This document shows positions 8,276 through 16,444 of a stretch of DNA of 45,286 bases, piece after piece; positions within the stretch are counted from its first letter, which is position 1; each line of letters opens with the position of its first letter. This DNA comes from Oscillospiraceae bacterium (lineage in GTDB: Bacteria; Bacillota; Clostridia; Oscillospirales; Ruminococcaceae). The notes beneath the pieces were generated by a model, which searched no databases, was not told the DNA's origin, and was given only the letters and a program-made list of their open reading frames with translations. The DNA lies in assembly GCA_017473745.1 (NCBI GenBank), contig JAFUJP010000094.1, forward strand, positions 1 to 45,286, read 5' to 3'. A program made the translations under genes and the position numbers.

Positions 8276-8351
8276 TGGAGCGGGTTACGAGGCTCGAACT
8301 CGCTACCTCGACCTTGGCAAGGTCGCGCTCTACCAGATGAGCTAAACCCGC
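8276..8351 (-). tRNA. tRNA-Gly (anticodon GCC), CCA encoded
   Basis: The reverse complement folds by hand into a cloverleaf: acceptor GCGGGTT/AACCCGC, D stem GCTC/GAGC, anticodon stem CGACC/GGTCG with loop TTGCCAA, T arm GCGAG-TTCGAGC-CTCGT, and 3' TCCA. Confidence 0.92.
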
Positions 8352-8374
8352 AAGTCATTTTTGACTGCTCGACT

Positions 8375-8403
8375 ATTATATCGAATCCGGACGGATTTGT
8401 CAA
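8375..8403 (-). promoter_or_regulatory. Consensus promoter for tRNA-Gly
   Basis: The minus strand reads TTGACA, a 17-nt spacer, then TATAAT, ending ~20 nt upstream of the tRNA 5' end. Confidence 0.65.
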
Positions 8404-8457
8404 TAGTATTTTGAAAAATTTTTTAAAATTTTTATCGGCTTTTTTGCGGCGGCGCTC

Positions 8458-8486
8458 TTGAATAAAAGACGTTGCGGGTGTATAAT
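8458..8486 (+). promoter_or_regulatory. Promoter for the PHP-domain gene
   Basis: TTGAAT (8458-8463), a 17-nt spacer, then TATAAT (8481-8486). Confidence 0.55.
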
Positions 8487-8524
8487 AACCATGTGAAAAT
8501 ACGCGAAAAGGGGGTTCCTGCATT

Positions 8525-9352
8525 ATGATAGGTGATATGCACTGCCATACTACTATGTCCGACGGTTCAACAACGCCCGAGATGCTCGTTCAGTATGCAC
8601 TTGATGCGGGGCTTGATTTTATCGCGGTGACCGACCACGACACTATGGCCGGGGTTCAGACTGCCGTCAACGTCGGCAAACGCAAAGGCCTTAAAGTGAT
8701 TCCGGGGGTCGAGGTTTCGACCTATGACGCCAAAACCGGAAGAAACGTTCATCTTCTCTGCTATATGCCGAGAAAGACAGAAAAGCTTGAAAAAATGATA
8801 AATAACACCCTTAAAAACCGCAACGAGGCTATAAAGGGCGTTATTGACGAGATTTCGAAAAAATATCCTATCACTTATGAGGACGTTCTTAAAGCTGCCG
8901 GCGGCGCGCAATGCATTTACCGCCAGCACGTTGCCCGCGCCCTTATGGAAAGGGGATATACCTATGCGGTTTTCTCTGACCTTAACGGAAGGGTTTTCGG
9001 GGATATTCCTTATGAAGTGAACTTCCCGGAAGTTCGTGAAGCGGCGGATATTATCAACCAGAGCGGCGGCGTTTGCTGCCTTGCCCACCCGGGAAGATAC
9101 GATTCCCTTGAACTTGCCTGGGAACTTGCCGAAGCGGGGAAGATCCAGGCTATCGAACTTTCTCATCCGGCAAACAGCGAAAGCGACAGGGAAGAAATAG
9201 AAAAAATCATCAAGAAGTATTGGCTTGTTCCCATGGGCGGAAGCGATTATCACGGCTATTATATCAGCTATCCGCATCCGCTTGGAACCTGCACCACTCC
9301 GGGCGAGGCTCTTGATGCTTTGCTGAAAGTAAGAGAAGAGCTGAATAAATGA
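8525..9352 (+). CDS. PHP-domain metal-dependent phosphoesterase (TrpH/YciV-like)
   Basis: N-terminal DMHCHTTMSDG His motif, VTDHD, and later HP/H motifs; 275 aa. Confidence 0.85.
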   Translation: MIGDMHCHTTMSDGSTTPEMLVQYALDAGLDFIAVTDHDTMAGVQTAVNVGKRKGLKVIPGVEVSTYDAKTGRNVHLLCYMPRKTEKLEKMINNTLKNRNEAIKGVIDEISKKYPITYEDVLKAAGGAQCIYRQHVARALMERGYTYAVFSDLNGRVFGDIPYEVNFPEVREAADIINQSGGVCCLAHPGRYDSLELAWELAEAGKIQAIELSHPANSESDREEIEKIIKKYWLVPMGGSDYHGYYISYPHPLGTCTTPGEALDALLKVREELNK

Positions 9353-9425
9353 TTTTTCCGGGATGAAGGTGCGAAAGCGCTTTTATCCCGTTTTGTTTAT
9401 TTTTCAAAAAAGGAGGCGAAGGATA

Positions 9426-9974
9426 ATGTACGGAACGGACGACAGCGATATGAAGATCGTCGGTAAAAGACTTCAGCCCATTGATGAAAGCGACGTTGAA
9501 GCGAAGCTTTATAACCACGAAAGAGAAAACGGAAACCTTGAAAAAGCCCATGATATCGGCAGATTTTTTGCCGAAGCCCTTATGAACAGCGAAGGCTTTG
9601 CATACGAGAAAAACCGTGCTTCTGATTTTGAGGCCCGCAACCGCAGTATTCTTTTTGCCTTCACTGCCGACAGGGTTTTGAGCACGTTTATGCCGAACCA
9701 CATCATTGCGCGTTCGGCCCAGAACGAATTCTTTGATGAAATACGCCGAAGAGATATCGGGCTTTATGAATCCATTTCGCGCTCGGGCGCTTTTTCGATG
9801 TATCTTCTTTGCAGAAGAAGAGGCGACGGCCGTTATGCCGGAATCGGAAGAGTATATGCCGGGGTTATCCGCCGGCCGGAAGATGACGCCATTGCTGCAG
9901 AAGGTGATGCGATTTATGAAAAATATTTCGATTATTGCATTGAGCACATCAAAAATATAGAGTTTGCTTTTTGA
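9426..9974 (+). CDS. Hypothetical protein
   Basis: ATG at 9426 follows aaaggaggcgaagg. 182 aa with no motif I recognise. A terminator follows. Confidence 0.5.
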   Translation: MYGTDDSDMKIVGKRLQPIDESDVEAKLYNHERENGNLEKAHDIGRFFAEALMNSEGFAYEKNRASDFEARNRSILFAFTADRVLSTFMPNHIIARSAQNEFFDEIRRRDIGLYESISRSGAFSMYLLCRRRGDGRYAGIGRVYAGVIRRPEDDAIAAEGDAIYEKYFDYCIEHIKNIEFAF

Positions 9975-10122
9975 GCACTGCATGAAAAATTGCAAAAAAT
10001 ATAAAGGGGAGCCGGAAGGCTCCTTTTTTTATACTCCTGAGTATATGGCGGTGCTCAAAAATTAACAAAAAGTTTACAAATTTTGGCATCGTGCTCACAA
10101 GCAGAACATTCGTGCTCAAAAA
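9968..10122. promoter_or_regulatory. Cluster of GTGCTCAAAAA motifs upstream of the eut promoter
   Basis: Perfect 11-mers at 10051-10061 and 10112-10122 (direct) and 9968-9978 (inverted, overlapping a stop codon). A near copy, cgtgctcacaa, lies at 10090-10100. Confidence 0.4.
10006..10030 (+). terminator. Rho-independent terminator
   Basis: Stem ggagcc, loop ggaa, ggctcc, followed by TTTTTTT. Confidence 0.7.
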
Positions 10123-10210
10123 CGGGCGTTCGCGCTTTAGTTAAGTAAAATGTCAATAGAAAAATGCAAAAAAAACTTTGCTTTATTTAATTATTTTTCA
10201 TCTAATGGAC

Positions 10211-10239
10211 TTTACAAATCGGGGCAATATCTGTATAAT
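10211..10239 (+). promoter_or_regulatory. Promoter of the eut operon
   Basis: TTTACA (10211-10216), a 17-nt spacer, then TATAAT (10234-10239), preceded by an A/T-rich tract. This leaves a ~75-nt leader before eutS. Confidence 0.6.
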
Positions 10240-10321
10240 AATAGATGTGTAAGACTTGAAGTGCGTCTATAGGTGCGCCCATGGATGAAACTTCGATTTT
10301 TGGAACAGGAGGAAGTATCAA

Positions 10322-10681
10322 ATGTCGCAGAACACTGAATACTCTTTACCGCCTCGCTCAATACAGGAGTACGTTCCCGGTAAGCAGGTCACTCTTGCCC
10401 ACAGAATTTCAAAGCCGGACAGAATGATCTACAAAAAACTCGGCCTCACCGATGAGTTCACCGAGGCAATCGGCATCATCACCATCACACCCTCCGAAAG
10501 CGCCATTATCGCTGCGGATATCTGCACCAAGGCAGCAAGAATCAAGCTTGGCTTTGTTGACCGTTTTTCCGGTGCGGTTGTTTTTGTCGGCGAGATCGGC
10601 GCAGTCGATTCGGCGCTCAACGCGGTAATCGATCGTTTCGAGGAAATGAAATATTCCACGGTTAAAATCACCAGAAGCTGA
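10322..10681 (+). CDS. eutS: Microcompartment shell protein EutS/PduU type (circularly permuted BMC domain)
   Basis: The segment [16 protein letters not shown]...ITLTP-like...[23 protein letters not shown] matches the EutS pattern. 119 aa, first gene of the operon. Confidence 0.85.
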   Translation: MSQNTEYSLPPRSIQEYVPGKQVTLAHRISKPDRMIYKKLGLTDEFTEAIGIITITPSESAIIAADICTKAARIKLGFVDRFSGAVVFVGEIGAVDSALNAVIDRFEEMKYSTVKITRS

Positions 10682-11148
10682 TGGCCGAAGAACAGAAGAA
10701 ACCGCGAAAAATAATCCTTATGGGCCGCTCGAGGGTAGGGAAGACCACTTTGCTCCAGGCGATGCACAACGAGGTTATCGAATACAAAAAGACCCAGGAG
10801 ATTATCGTACATGATGATGCTATCGATACTCCCGGCGAATATATAGACCAGAGCGGTCTTTGGCGTGCATGCATAGTTGCGGCTTGTGATGCGGATATAG
10901 TCGTTCTTGTGCACGACGCCGGCAACACCATGGGAAGGCTTCCGCAGATGTTCAGCATGACCTTTGCAAAACCCACCATCGGCGTTGTTACAAAAATCGA
11001 CGGCAAGACGGAACAGGAAATTGAAATTGCGGAAAATTTCCTCAAAATGTCCGGTGCCAGCAAGATTGTAAGAACGAGTTCCTACGACCACGAAGGAATT
11101 CAGGAGCTCATCGAGCTCATCGAAAACTTGGATTTGACCGATTATTAA
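10681..11148 (+). CDS. eutP: EutP/PduV family GTPase
   Basis: P-loop GRSRVGKTTL and DTPGEY; 155 aa. The start overlaps the eutS stop (TGATG). Confidence 0.85.
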   Translation: MAEEQKKPRKIILMGRSRVGKTTLLQAMHNEVIEYKKTQEIIVHDDAIDTPGEYIDQSGLWRACIVAACDADIVVLVHDAGNTMGRLPQMFSMTFAKPTIGVVTKIDGKTEQEIEIAENFLKMSGASKIVRTSSYDHEGIQELIELIENLDLTDY

Positions 11149-11205
11149 TCAGTAAAATTTGAGCTTAGCATTTACATAGAATGACAAGTCAAAGGAGATT
11201 GAAGT

Positions 11206-12645
11206 ATGAAAGAGAAGATCCTCAGCGCAGGTATTGACATCGGTACTTCTACCACACAGGTAATTTTCAGCCGATTCACTATCGAAAACACTTCCGGCGA
11301 ATACATGGTCCCGAGAATCGAGATCACCAACAAGGAAATCGTTTACGAAAGCAAAATTTATACTACCCCTCTTCTTGATGAAAGAACCATCGACGAAGAG
11401 GCAGTACATAAAATCATCGTAGGTGAATATGCTGCCGCAGGTCTTAAAGCGGAGGATATTGATACCGGTGCGGTTATCATCACCGGCGAAACCGCAAGAA
11501 AAGAAAACGCAAGAAGCGTTCTTCATTTCATGTCCGGCCTTGCAGGCGACTTCGTAGTTGCAACCGCAGGCAACGACCTTGAAGGTGTTATCGCGGGACG
11601 CGGCGCAGGCACTGCTGCAATGTCCCTTAAAAAACACGTCGTAACCGCAAACTGCGATATCGGCGGCGGTACTTCCAACATTGCGGTTTTCAAAGAAAAA
11701 CGCCCCGTTGATACCGGATGTTTCGATATCGGCGGACGCCTTATTAAACTTGATAAAGACAAAAAAGTTCTTTATATATCCGACCATCTCGGAAAACTTT
11801 GTGCAAAGCACAACATCAACATCAAAGTCGGCGAAAAGATCCAGTATAAAGAGATCTATAAAGCCTGCGTGCTCATGGCACAGGTTCTTGCGACCACCCT
11901 CGGCTTCAAGACCTTTGACATGGATGACCTTGCAATCATGACCACCGACCATCCGCTTCATGATCTTGAGGAAATCAAGTACGTAACTTTCTCCGGCGGC
12001 GTCGGCAACCTCATCTATCATCCTTATGAAGGAACCGATGACTTCCCTTACAACGACATCGGCGTTGTTCTTGCAAGAGCGGTAAACGAAGTATTTGCTC
12101 CGTTTATGGACAGAGTTGTTGAACCGACCGAAACCATCCGTGCAACCGTTATCGGTGCAGGCACTCAGACCATGGAGATTTCCGGTTCCACCATTGCTTT
12201 CTCCAAGAACACCAAGCTTCCTATCAAAACCATTCCGGTCATCAAGCTTGATGAAGAAGCTGAAAAATTCAGCCCCAGCGATTTCGCGAAACATCTTGCA
12301 CCGATGCTTGACTGGTATAATGACCCCGATGAGGGTCAGGAGCTTGTAGCCCTTTCTCTTAAAGGCGCCAACTGCCCGCTGTTTGCTGAGATCGAACGTT
12401 ATGCAGACCTCATCATCGCAGGTATGCAGCCCATCATCAAATCCCAGCATCCTCTCATCGTTGTTCTTGAAGAGGATATGGGCAAGAGCCTTGGCCAGAA
12501 CCTGATGGTTAAACTTAACAGAAGCAAAGATATCATTTGCATCGACTCTATCGTAACCAATCAGGGCGACTATATCGACATCGGCGAACCGCTTATGAAC
12601 GGCCGTGTTCTTCCGGTTGTAGTAAAGACTCTTGTATTTAATTAA
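11206..12645 (+). CDS. eutA: Ethanolamine ammonia-lyase reactivating factor EutA
   Basis: 479 aa with repeated actin/ASKHA-like segments ([22 protein letters not shown]). It sits directly upstream of eutBC. Confidence 0.9.
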   Translation: MKEKILSAGIDIGTSTTQVIFSRFTIENTSGEYMVPRIEITNKEIVYESKIYTTPLLDERTIDEEAVHKIIVGEYAAAGLKAEDIDTGAVIITGETARKENARSVLHFMSGLAGDFVVATAGNDLEGVIAGRGAGTAAMSLKKHVVTANCDIGGGTSNIAVFKEKRPVDTGCFDIGGRLIKLDKDKKVLYISDHLGKLCAKHNINIKVGEKIQYKEIYKACVLMAQVLATTLGFKTFDMDDLAIMTTDHPLHDLEEIKYVTFSGGVGNLIYHPYEGTDDFPYNDIGVVLARAVNEVFAPFMDRVVEPTETIRATVIGAGTQTMEISGSTIAFSKNTKLPIKTIPVIKLDEEAEKFSPSDFAKHLAPMLDWYNDPDEGQELVALSLKGANCPLFAEIERYADLIIAGMQPIIKSQHPLIVVLEEDMGKSLGQNLMVKLNRSKDIICIDSIVTNQGDYIDIGEPLMNGRVLPVVVKTLVFN

Positions 12646-12755
12646 GGAATAAATAAGATTTATATATTTTAATAAGGTTTGGGAAAGGGGGAAACCTCGC
12701 AAACAATATATTTTCCACGCTTAGGCATCCAAATTTTACAAAGGAGTGAGAATTT

Positions 12756-14123
12756 TTGATTCTGAAAGCAAAATTATTTGGACAAGTCTATGAGTTCAAA
12801 GACGTAAAAGACGTACTTGCTAAAGCAAACGAACTCAAGTCCGGTGACCAGCTCGCTGGCATCGCTGCAGAAACCATGCAGGAGCGCATTGCTGCAAAAC
12901 AGTGCCTCGCAAACCTCACCATTAAGGATATCTACGAGAACCCCGTAGCTCCTTATGAAGAGGACTCTGTAACCCGTATCATCCAGGACGGCATCAACTT
13001 CACCATTTATGAAGAGATCAAAAACTGGACCATCGCTAAACTTCGTGAGTTCATCCTTGATGACCATGTAACCGGCGATCAGATCAACCACGTAGCAGCA
13101 GGCCTTTCTTCTGAGGTTGTTGCAGCTGTTACCAAACTCATGTCTTCTCTCGACCTTATGATCGGCGCAAGAAAACTTCCTATCTACAGAACCTGCGTTA
13201 CCACCTGCGGTGCACCTGACAGACTTTCTTTCCGTCTTCAGCCTAACCACACCACCGACGACGTAGAAGGTATGAAAGTTTCCTACTGCGAAGGTTTCTC
13301 CTACTGCACCGGTGACGCTCTCTTCGGTATGAACCCCGTTGACGACTCCCTCGGCGCTGTTGAAAGAACCATGAACAGCTATCAGGAATTCGTAGAGAGA
13401 TGGGAAATCCCGACCCAGTCTTGCTGCCTCTGCCATGTAACCACTGCTATGGAATGCATCAAGAACGGCGCTCGTGAAGCTCTCTGCTTCCAGTCCATCG
13501 CTGGTTCTCAGATCGCTAACGAAGCATTCGGTATCACCCCTGAAATGCTCGACGAAGCAGAAGACCTTATGCATCATTACGGTGTTGCTCATGGTCCCGA
13601 CGTACTCTATTTCGAGACTGGTGAAGGCGCAGAGCTTTCTTCCGACGGTCACTGGGGTGCTGACGAACTTACCATGGAAGCACGCTGCTATGGCTTCGCA
13701 AAGAGATATCATCCTTTCCTCAACGACTCCGTTGTTGGCTTCATCGGACCGGAATACCTCTATGACGCAAAACAGGTTGCTCGTGCAGGTATGGAAGATA
13801 TGTTCATGGGCAAACTTTCCGGCATCTCCATGGGATGCGACGCTTGCTACACCAACCACATGAAATGTGACCAGAACGACAACGAGAACCTCCAGATTCT
13901 CCTTGCTGCTGAAGGATGCAACTTCTTCATGGGCGTACCTTGCGCAGACGACTGCATGCTCATGTACCAGTCCACTGGTTACCATGACAACCACGCAACC
14001 CGCCAGGCTCTTGGCAAAAAACCTCTTGCTGAGTTCGAGAAATGGGCTCAGAAGATGGGCTTCCTTGAGGAAGACGGCCTCACCCTTGGCCCGAACGCCG
14101 GTGACGCTTCCGTACTTTTCTAA
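12756..14123 (+). CDS. eutB: Ethanolamine ammonia-lyase large subunit
   Basis: TTG start after aaggagtg. The N-terminus LFGQVYEFKDVKDVLAKANELKSGDQLAG is canonical EutB; 455 aa. Confidence 0.95.
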   Translation: MILKAKLFGQVYEFKDVKDVLAKANELKSGDQLAGIAAETMQERIAAKQCLANLTIKDIYENPVAPYEEDSVTRIIQDGINFTIYEEIKNWTIAKLREFILDDHVTGDQINHVAAGLSSEVVAAVTKLMSSLDLMIGARKLPIYRTCVTTCGAPDRLSFRLQPNHTTDDVEGMKVSYCEGFSYCTGDALFGMNPVDDSLGAVERTMNSYQEFVERWEIPTQSCCLCHVTTAMECIKNGAREALCFQSIAGSQIANEAFGITPEMLDEAEDLMHHYGVAHGPDVLYFETGEGAELSSDGHWGADELTMEARCYGFAKRYHPFLNDSVVGFIGPEYLYDAKQVARAGMEDMFMGKLSGISMGCDACYTNHMKCDQNDNENLQILLAAEGCNFFMGVPCADDCMLMYQSTGYHDNHATRQALGKKPLAEFEKWAQKMGFLEEDGLTLGPNAGDASVLF

Positions 14124-14171
14124 TTTAAGAAAAAGTGCGTAAAATATATTTGACGGGAGGATATACAAATA

Positions 14172-15050
14172 ATGGTATCTGATGACAAACTTAAAGAGAT
14201 TATCGCTCAGGTTGTCGGTGAAATGATGAAAGAAGCTCCCGCTGCAAAAGCTACCACCAAAGCTTGCTGCTGCGAGAATGTTTCTGATGATGATCTTGAA
14301 GATCTTACCGCATATGAGCTTAACGAGTGGTACCAGGTTCCTAACGCAAAAGATGAAGCAGAGTACAGAAGACTTAAAAAAGTTACCCCTGCACGTCTTG
14401 GCGTATGGCACTGCGGTCCTCGTGAAATGACTAACACCATGCTCCGTTTCCGTGCTGACCACGCTGCAGCACAGGACGCAGTATTCAATGAGTTCCCGAA
14501 AGAATTCCTCGAAGAACGCGGAATCCTCGAACTCCAGTCCCGTTGCGACAGCAAAGATACTTACCTTACCAGACCTGACCTTGGCAGAAGACTTTCCGAA
14601 GAGTCTGCACAGACCCTTAAAGGCTTCTACAAAAAGACTCCTCAGGTTGTTGTTTATGCAACCGACGGTCTTTCCGGTACTGCTATCGAAGCTAACTACG
14701 ACATCGTTATCCCCGCTATCATGAACGGTCTTAAAGCTCATGGTATCGAAGCAGGCGAACCCTTCTTCGTAAGATACGGTCGTGTTGCAACCCAGGACGA
14801 AGTTTCCGAAGTAACCGGTTGCGACGTTTGCGTATGCCTTGTTGGTGAAAGACCCGGTCTTGCAACTGCAAAATCCATGTCTGCATACCTCACTTACAAA
14901 GGCACCATCGGTATGTCCGAAGCAAGACGTACCGTTGTTTCCAACATTCACAATGCTGGTACTCCTGCAGCTGAAGCAGGTGCACACATTGCCGATATCG
15001 TAAAGCTTATGCTTGAAAACAAAGCTTCCGGTACCGACCTCAAGTTCTAA
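14172..15050 (+). CDS. eutC: Ethanolamine ammonia-lyase small subunit with an N-terminal encapsulation-peptide-like helix
   Basis: 292 aa with a conserved EutC core (TPARLGVWHCGPR.., VGERPGL). N-terminal amphipathic helix DDKLKEIIAQVVGEMMK followed by a linker. Confidence 0.9.
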   Translation: MVSDDKLKEIIAQVVGEMMKEAPAAKATTKACCCENVSDDDLEDLTAYELNEWYQVPNAKDEAEYRRLKKVTPARLGVWHCGPREMTNTMLRFRADHAAAQDAVFNEFPKEFLEERGILELQSRCDSKDTYLTRPDLGRRLSEESAQTLKGFYKKTPQVVVYATDGLSGTAIEANYDIVIPAIMNGLKAHGIEAGEPFFVRYGRVATQDEVSEVTGCDVCVCLVGERPGLATAKSMSAYLTYKGTIGMSEARRTVVSNIHNAGTPAAEAGAHIADIVKLMLENKASGTDLKF

Positions 15051-15142
15051 TAAATACTTGATTTTATAATTTATTATTTGCTTGATAATTGCGTAAAATA
15101 CGCAAATTTTATCTACCTTAAATTTTAAAGGAGGTACATATC

Positions 15143-15796
15143 GTGAAATACGATGAACTTAGAACTACTGTACTGATGATCAAGGTTATCCCGAGCGTAA
15201 GCCCTGACCTCCAGAAACAATGGAATATGCCCGAAGGCCACAGATCTGTTGGTTTCTTCTCTACTGACTGCGATGATGTCGGCTACACTGTAGTTGACGA
15301 AGCAACCAAAAAGGCTGACGTTAAAGTCGTACTTGCAAAATCCATGTACGGCGGCGCTGGCTGCGCACAGCAGAAATATGCTGGTGAATTCATCGGCATG
15401 CTTTCTGGCCCCAACCCTGCAGAAGTAAAAGCTGGCCTTGCTGCTGCTTTCGATCTTCTTAACGCTGACTGCACCTTCTATTCCGCAAACGAAGATGACA
15501 CTGTTGCATACTATGCATACACCATCTCCAGAACCGGTTCTTACCTTTCTGAATGCGGCGGCATTCCTGAAGGCAGCCCTATCGCATACCTCATCGCTCC
15601 TCCTGTAGAGTGCCAGTATGCAATCGATGCTGCTCTTAAAGCTGCTGACGTAAGAATGTGCGCATACTTCGAGCCTCCGTCTGAAACTAACTTCTCCGGT
15701 GCATATCTTACCGGCACCCAGTCTGCTTGCAAAGCTGCTTGCGATGCATTTGCAGATGCAGTTATTTTCTGCGTAGAGAACGCTCTCAAATACTAA
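15143..15796 (+). CDS. eutL: Microcompartment shell protein EutL (tandem-BMC trimer type)
   Basis: GTG start after aaaggagg. Contains VIPSVSPDL...STDCDDVGYTVVDEATKKADVKV; 217 aa. Confidence 0.9.
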   Translation: MKYDELRTTVLMIKVIPSVSPDLQKQWNMPEGHRSVGFFSTDCDDVGYTVVDEATKKADVKVVLAKSMYGGAGCAQQKYAGEFIGMLSGPNPAEVKAGLAAAFDLLNADCTFYSANEDDTVAYYAYTISRTGSYLSECGGIPEGSPIAYLIAPPVECQYAIDAALKAADVRMCAYFEPPSETNFSGAYLTGTQSACKAACDAFADAVIFCVENALKY

Positions 15797-15866
15797 TTTA
15801 AACCTTTTGACGTTGATTTAAGATACTCATTATATCTGAAATTTGAACGACAGGAGGTGACGGATT

Positions 15867-16430
15867 ATGAGTACTGGCGCACTGGGAATGCTGGAAACTT
15901 ATGGTCTGATCGCCGCTATCGAAGGTTTGGATGCTGCTGTTAAGGCAGCAAACGTAACCCTTTGCGGATTCAAATACGTCCAGGGCGGACTTGTTTGCTT
16001 TTTTGTAACCGGCGATGTCGGTGCAACCAAAGCAGCAATCGCCGCGGGCGAAATTGCCGCAGACAAAGTTGGCAAGGTCATTTCTTCCCATGTAATCCCG
16101 AGGCCCGCAGGAAGTACTTCTATTATTGCTTCCTATAAGGAAAAACCCGCCGGTAGACGCCGCGGAACCGGTATTCACAAACGTGAATTCCCTGCTAATA
16201 CTCCTGTGAAATCGGAACCGGCCGTAAAGCCCGAAGAACCGAAATCCGTCCCGGAAAGTGCAACTGAAACTGTCGGATACACCGAAGAAGCCCTCAGAGA
16301 GATGAAAACCACCGATCTGAGAAAGCTTGCTCGTGAAATTCCCGGCATCGGTCTCTCAAAGATCGAAATCAGAGACGCGAAAAAGGATCCGCTCGTAGAG
16401 GCGATTCTGAAAGCACAGAAAAATAATTAA
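15867..16430 (+). CDS. BMC-H shell protein with a ~95-aa C-terminal extension (EutK-like architecture)
   Basis: Residues 1-90 form a canonical BMC domain (ALGMLET.GL.AAIEGLDAAVKAANV...GDVGATKAA). These are followed by a basic stretch (KPAGRRRGTGIHKR), a Pro/Glu-rich linker and a Rho_N/SAP-like helix-extension-helix (LREMKTTDLRKLAREIPGIGLSK...LVEAILKAQ). Confidence 0.85.
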   Translation: MSTGALGMLETYGLIAAIEGLDAAVKAANVTLCGFKYVQGGLVCFFVTGDVGATKAAIAAGEIAADKVGKVISSHVIPRPAGSTSIIASYKEKPAGRRRGTGIHKREFPANTPVKSEPAVKPEEPKSVPESATETVGYTEEALREMKTTDLRKLAREIPGIGLSKIEIRDAKKDPLVEAILKAQKNN

Positions 16431-16444
16431 AGGAGCAATAAGAT

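Noticed and set aside
6112-8351. DnaD-like and DnaC-like genes next to a tRNA gene as a possible prophage or integrative-element remnant.
   Set aside because: The window has no integrase, excisionase, att-like duplication of the tRNA 3' end, or other phage genes. The pair resembles the chromosomal dnaB(dnaD-like)-dnaI primosome operon of Firmicutes, and the tRNA has its own consensus promoter.
8218-8523. 101-aa minus-strand ORF.
   Set aside because: It overlaps the tRNA-Gly gene, its promoter and its terminator. Its translation shows no protein-like features.
10240-10321. Cobalamin riboswitch or ANTAR dual-hairpin/terminator in the eut leader.
   Set aside because: The leader is only ~75 nt. 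I could find no B12-box-like sequence, no pair of hexaloop hairpins and no hairpin+U-tract. A covariance-model scan would be needed to be certain. The absence itself is reported as a finding.
12774-14987. Very long antisense ORFs opposite real genes. Examples are 12774..14987 (737 aa), 11149..12702, 16427..17575, 21996..23264, 26621..27850, 43422..45251, 35628..36404 and 1906..2676.
   Set aside because: Each lies entirely opposite a CDS with unmistakable family signatures (EutB/C, EutA, EutE, EutH, the cohesin protein, the acyl-CoA ligase, TrmD, PrfB). Their translations are low-complexity with odd composition (rich in F/N/C/K/V/G). They lack ribosome-binding sites. They are shadow ORFs created by the codon bias of the sense genes.
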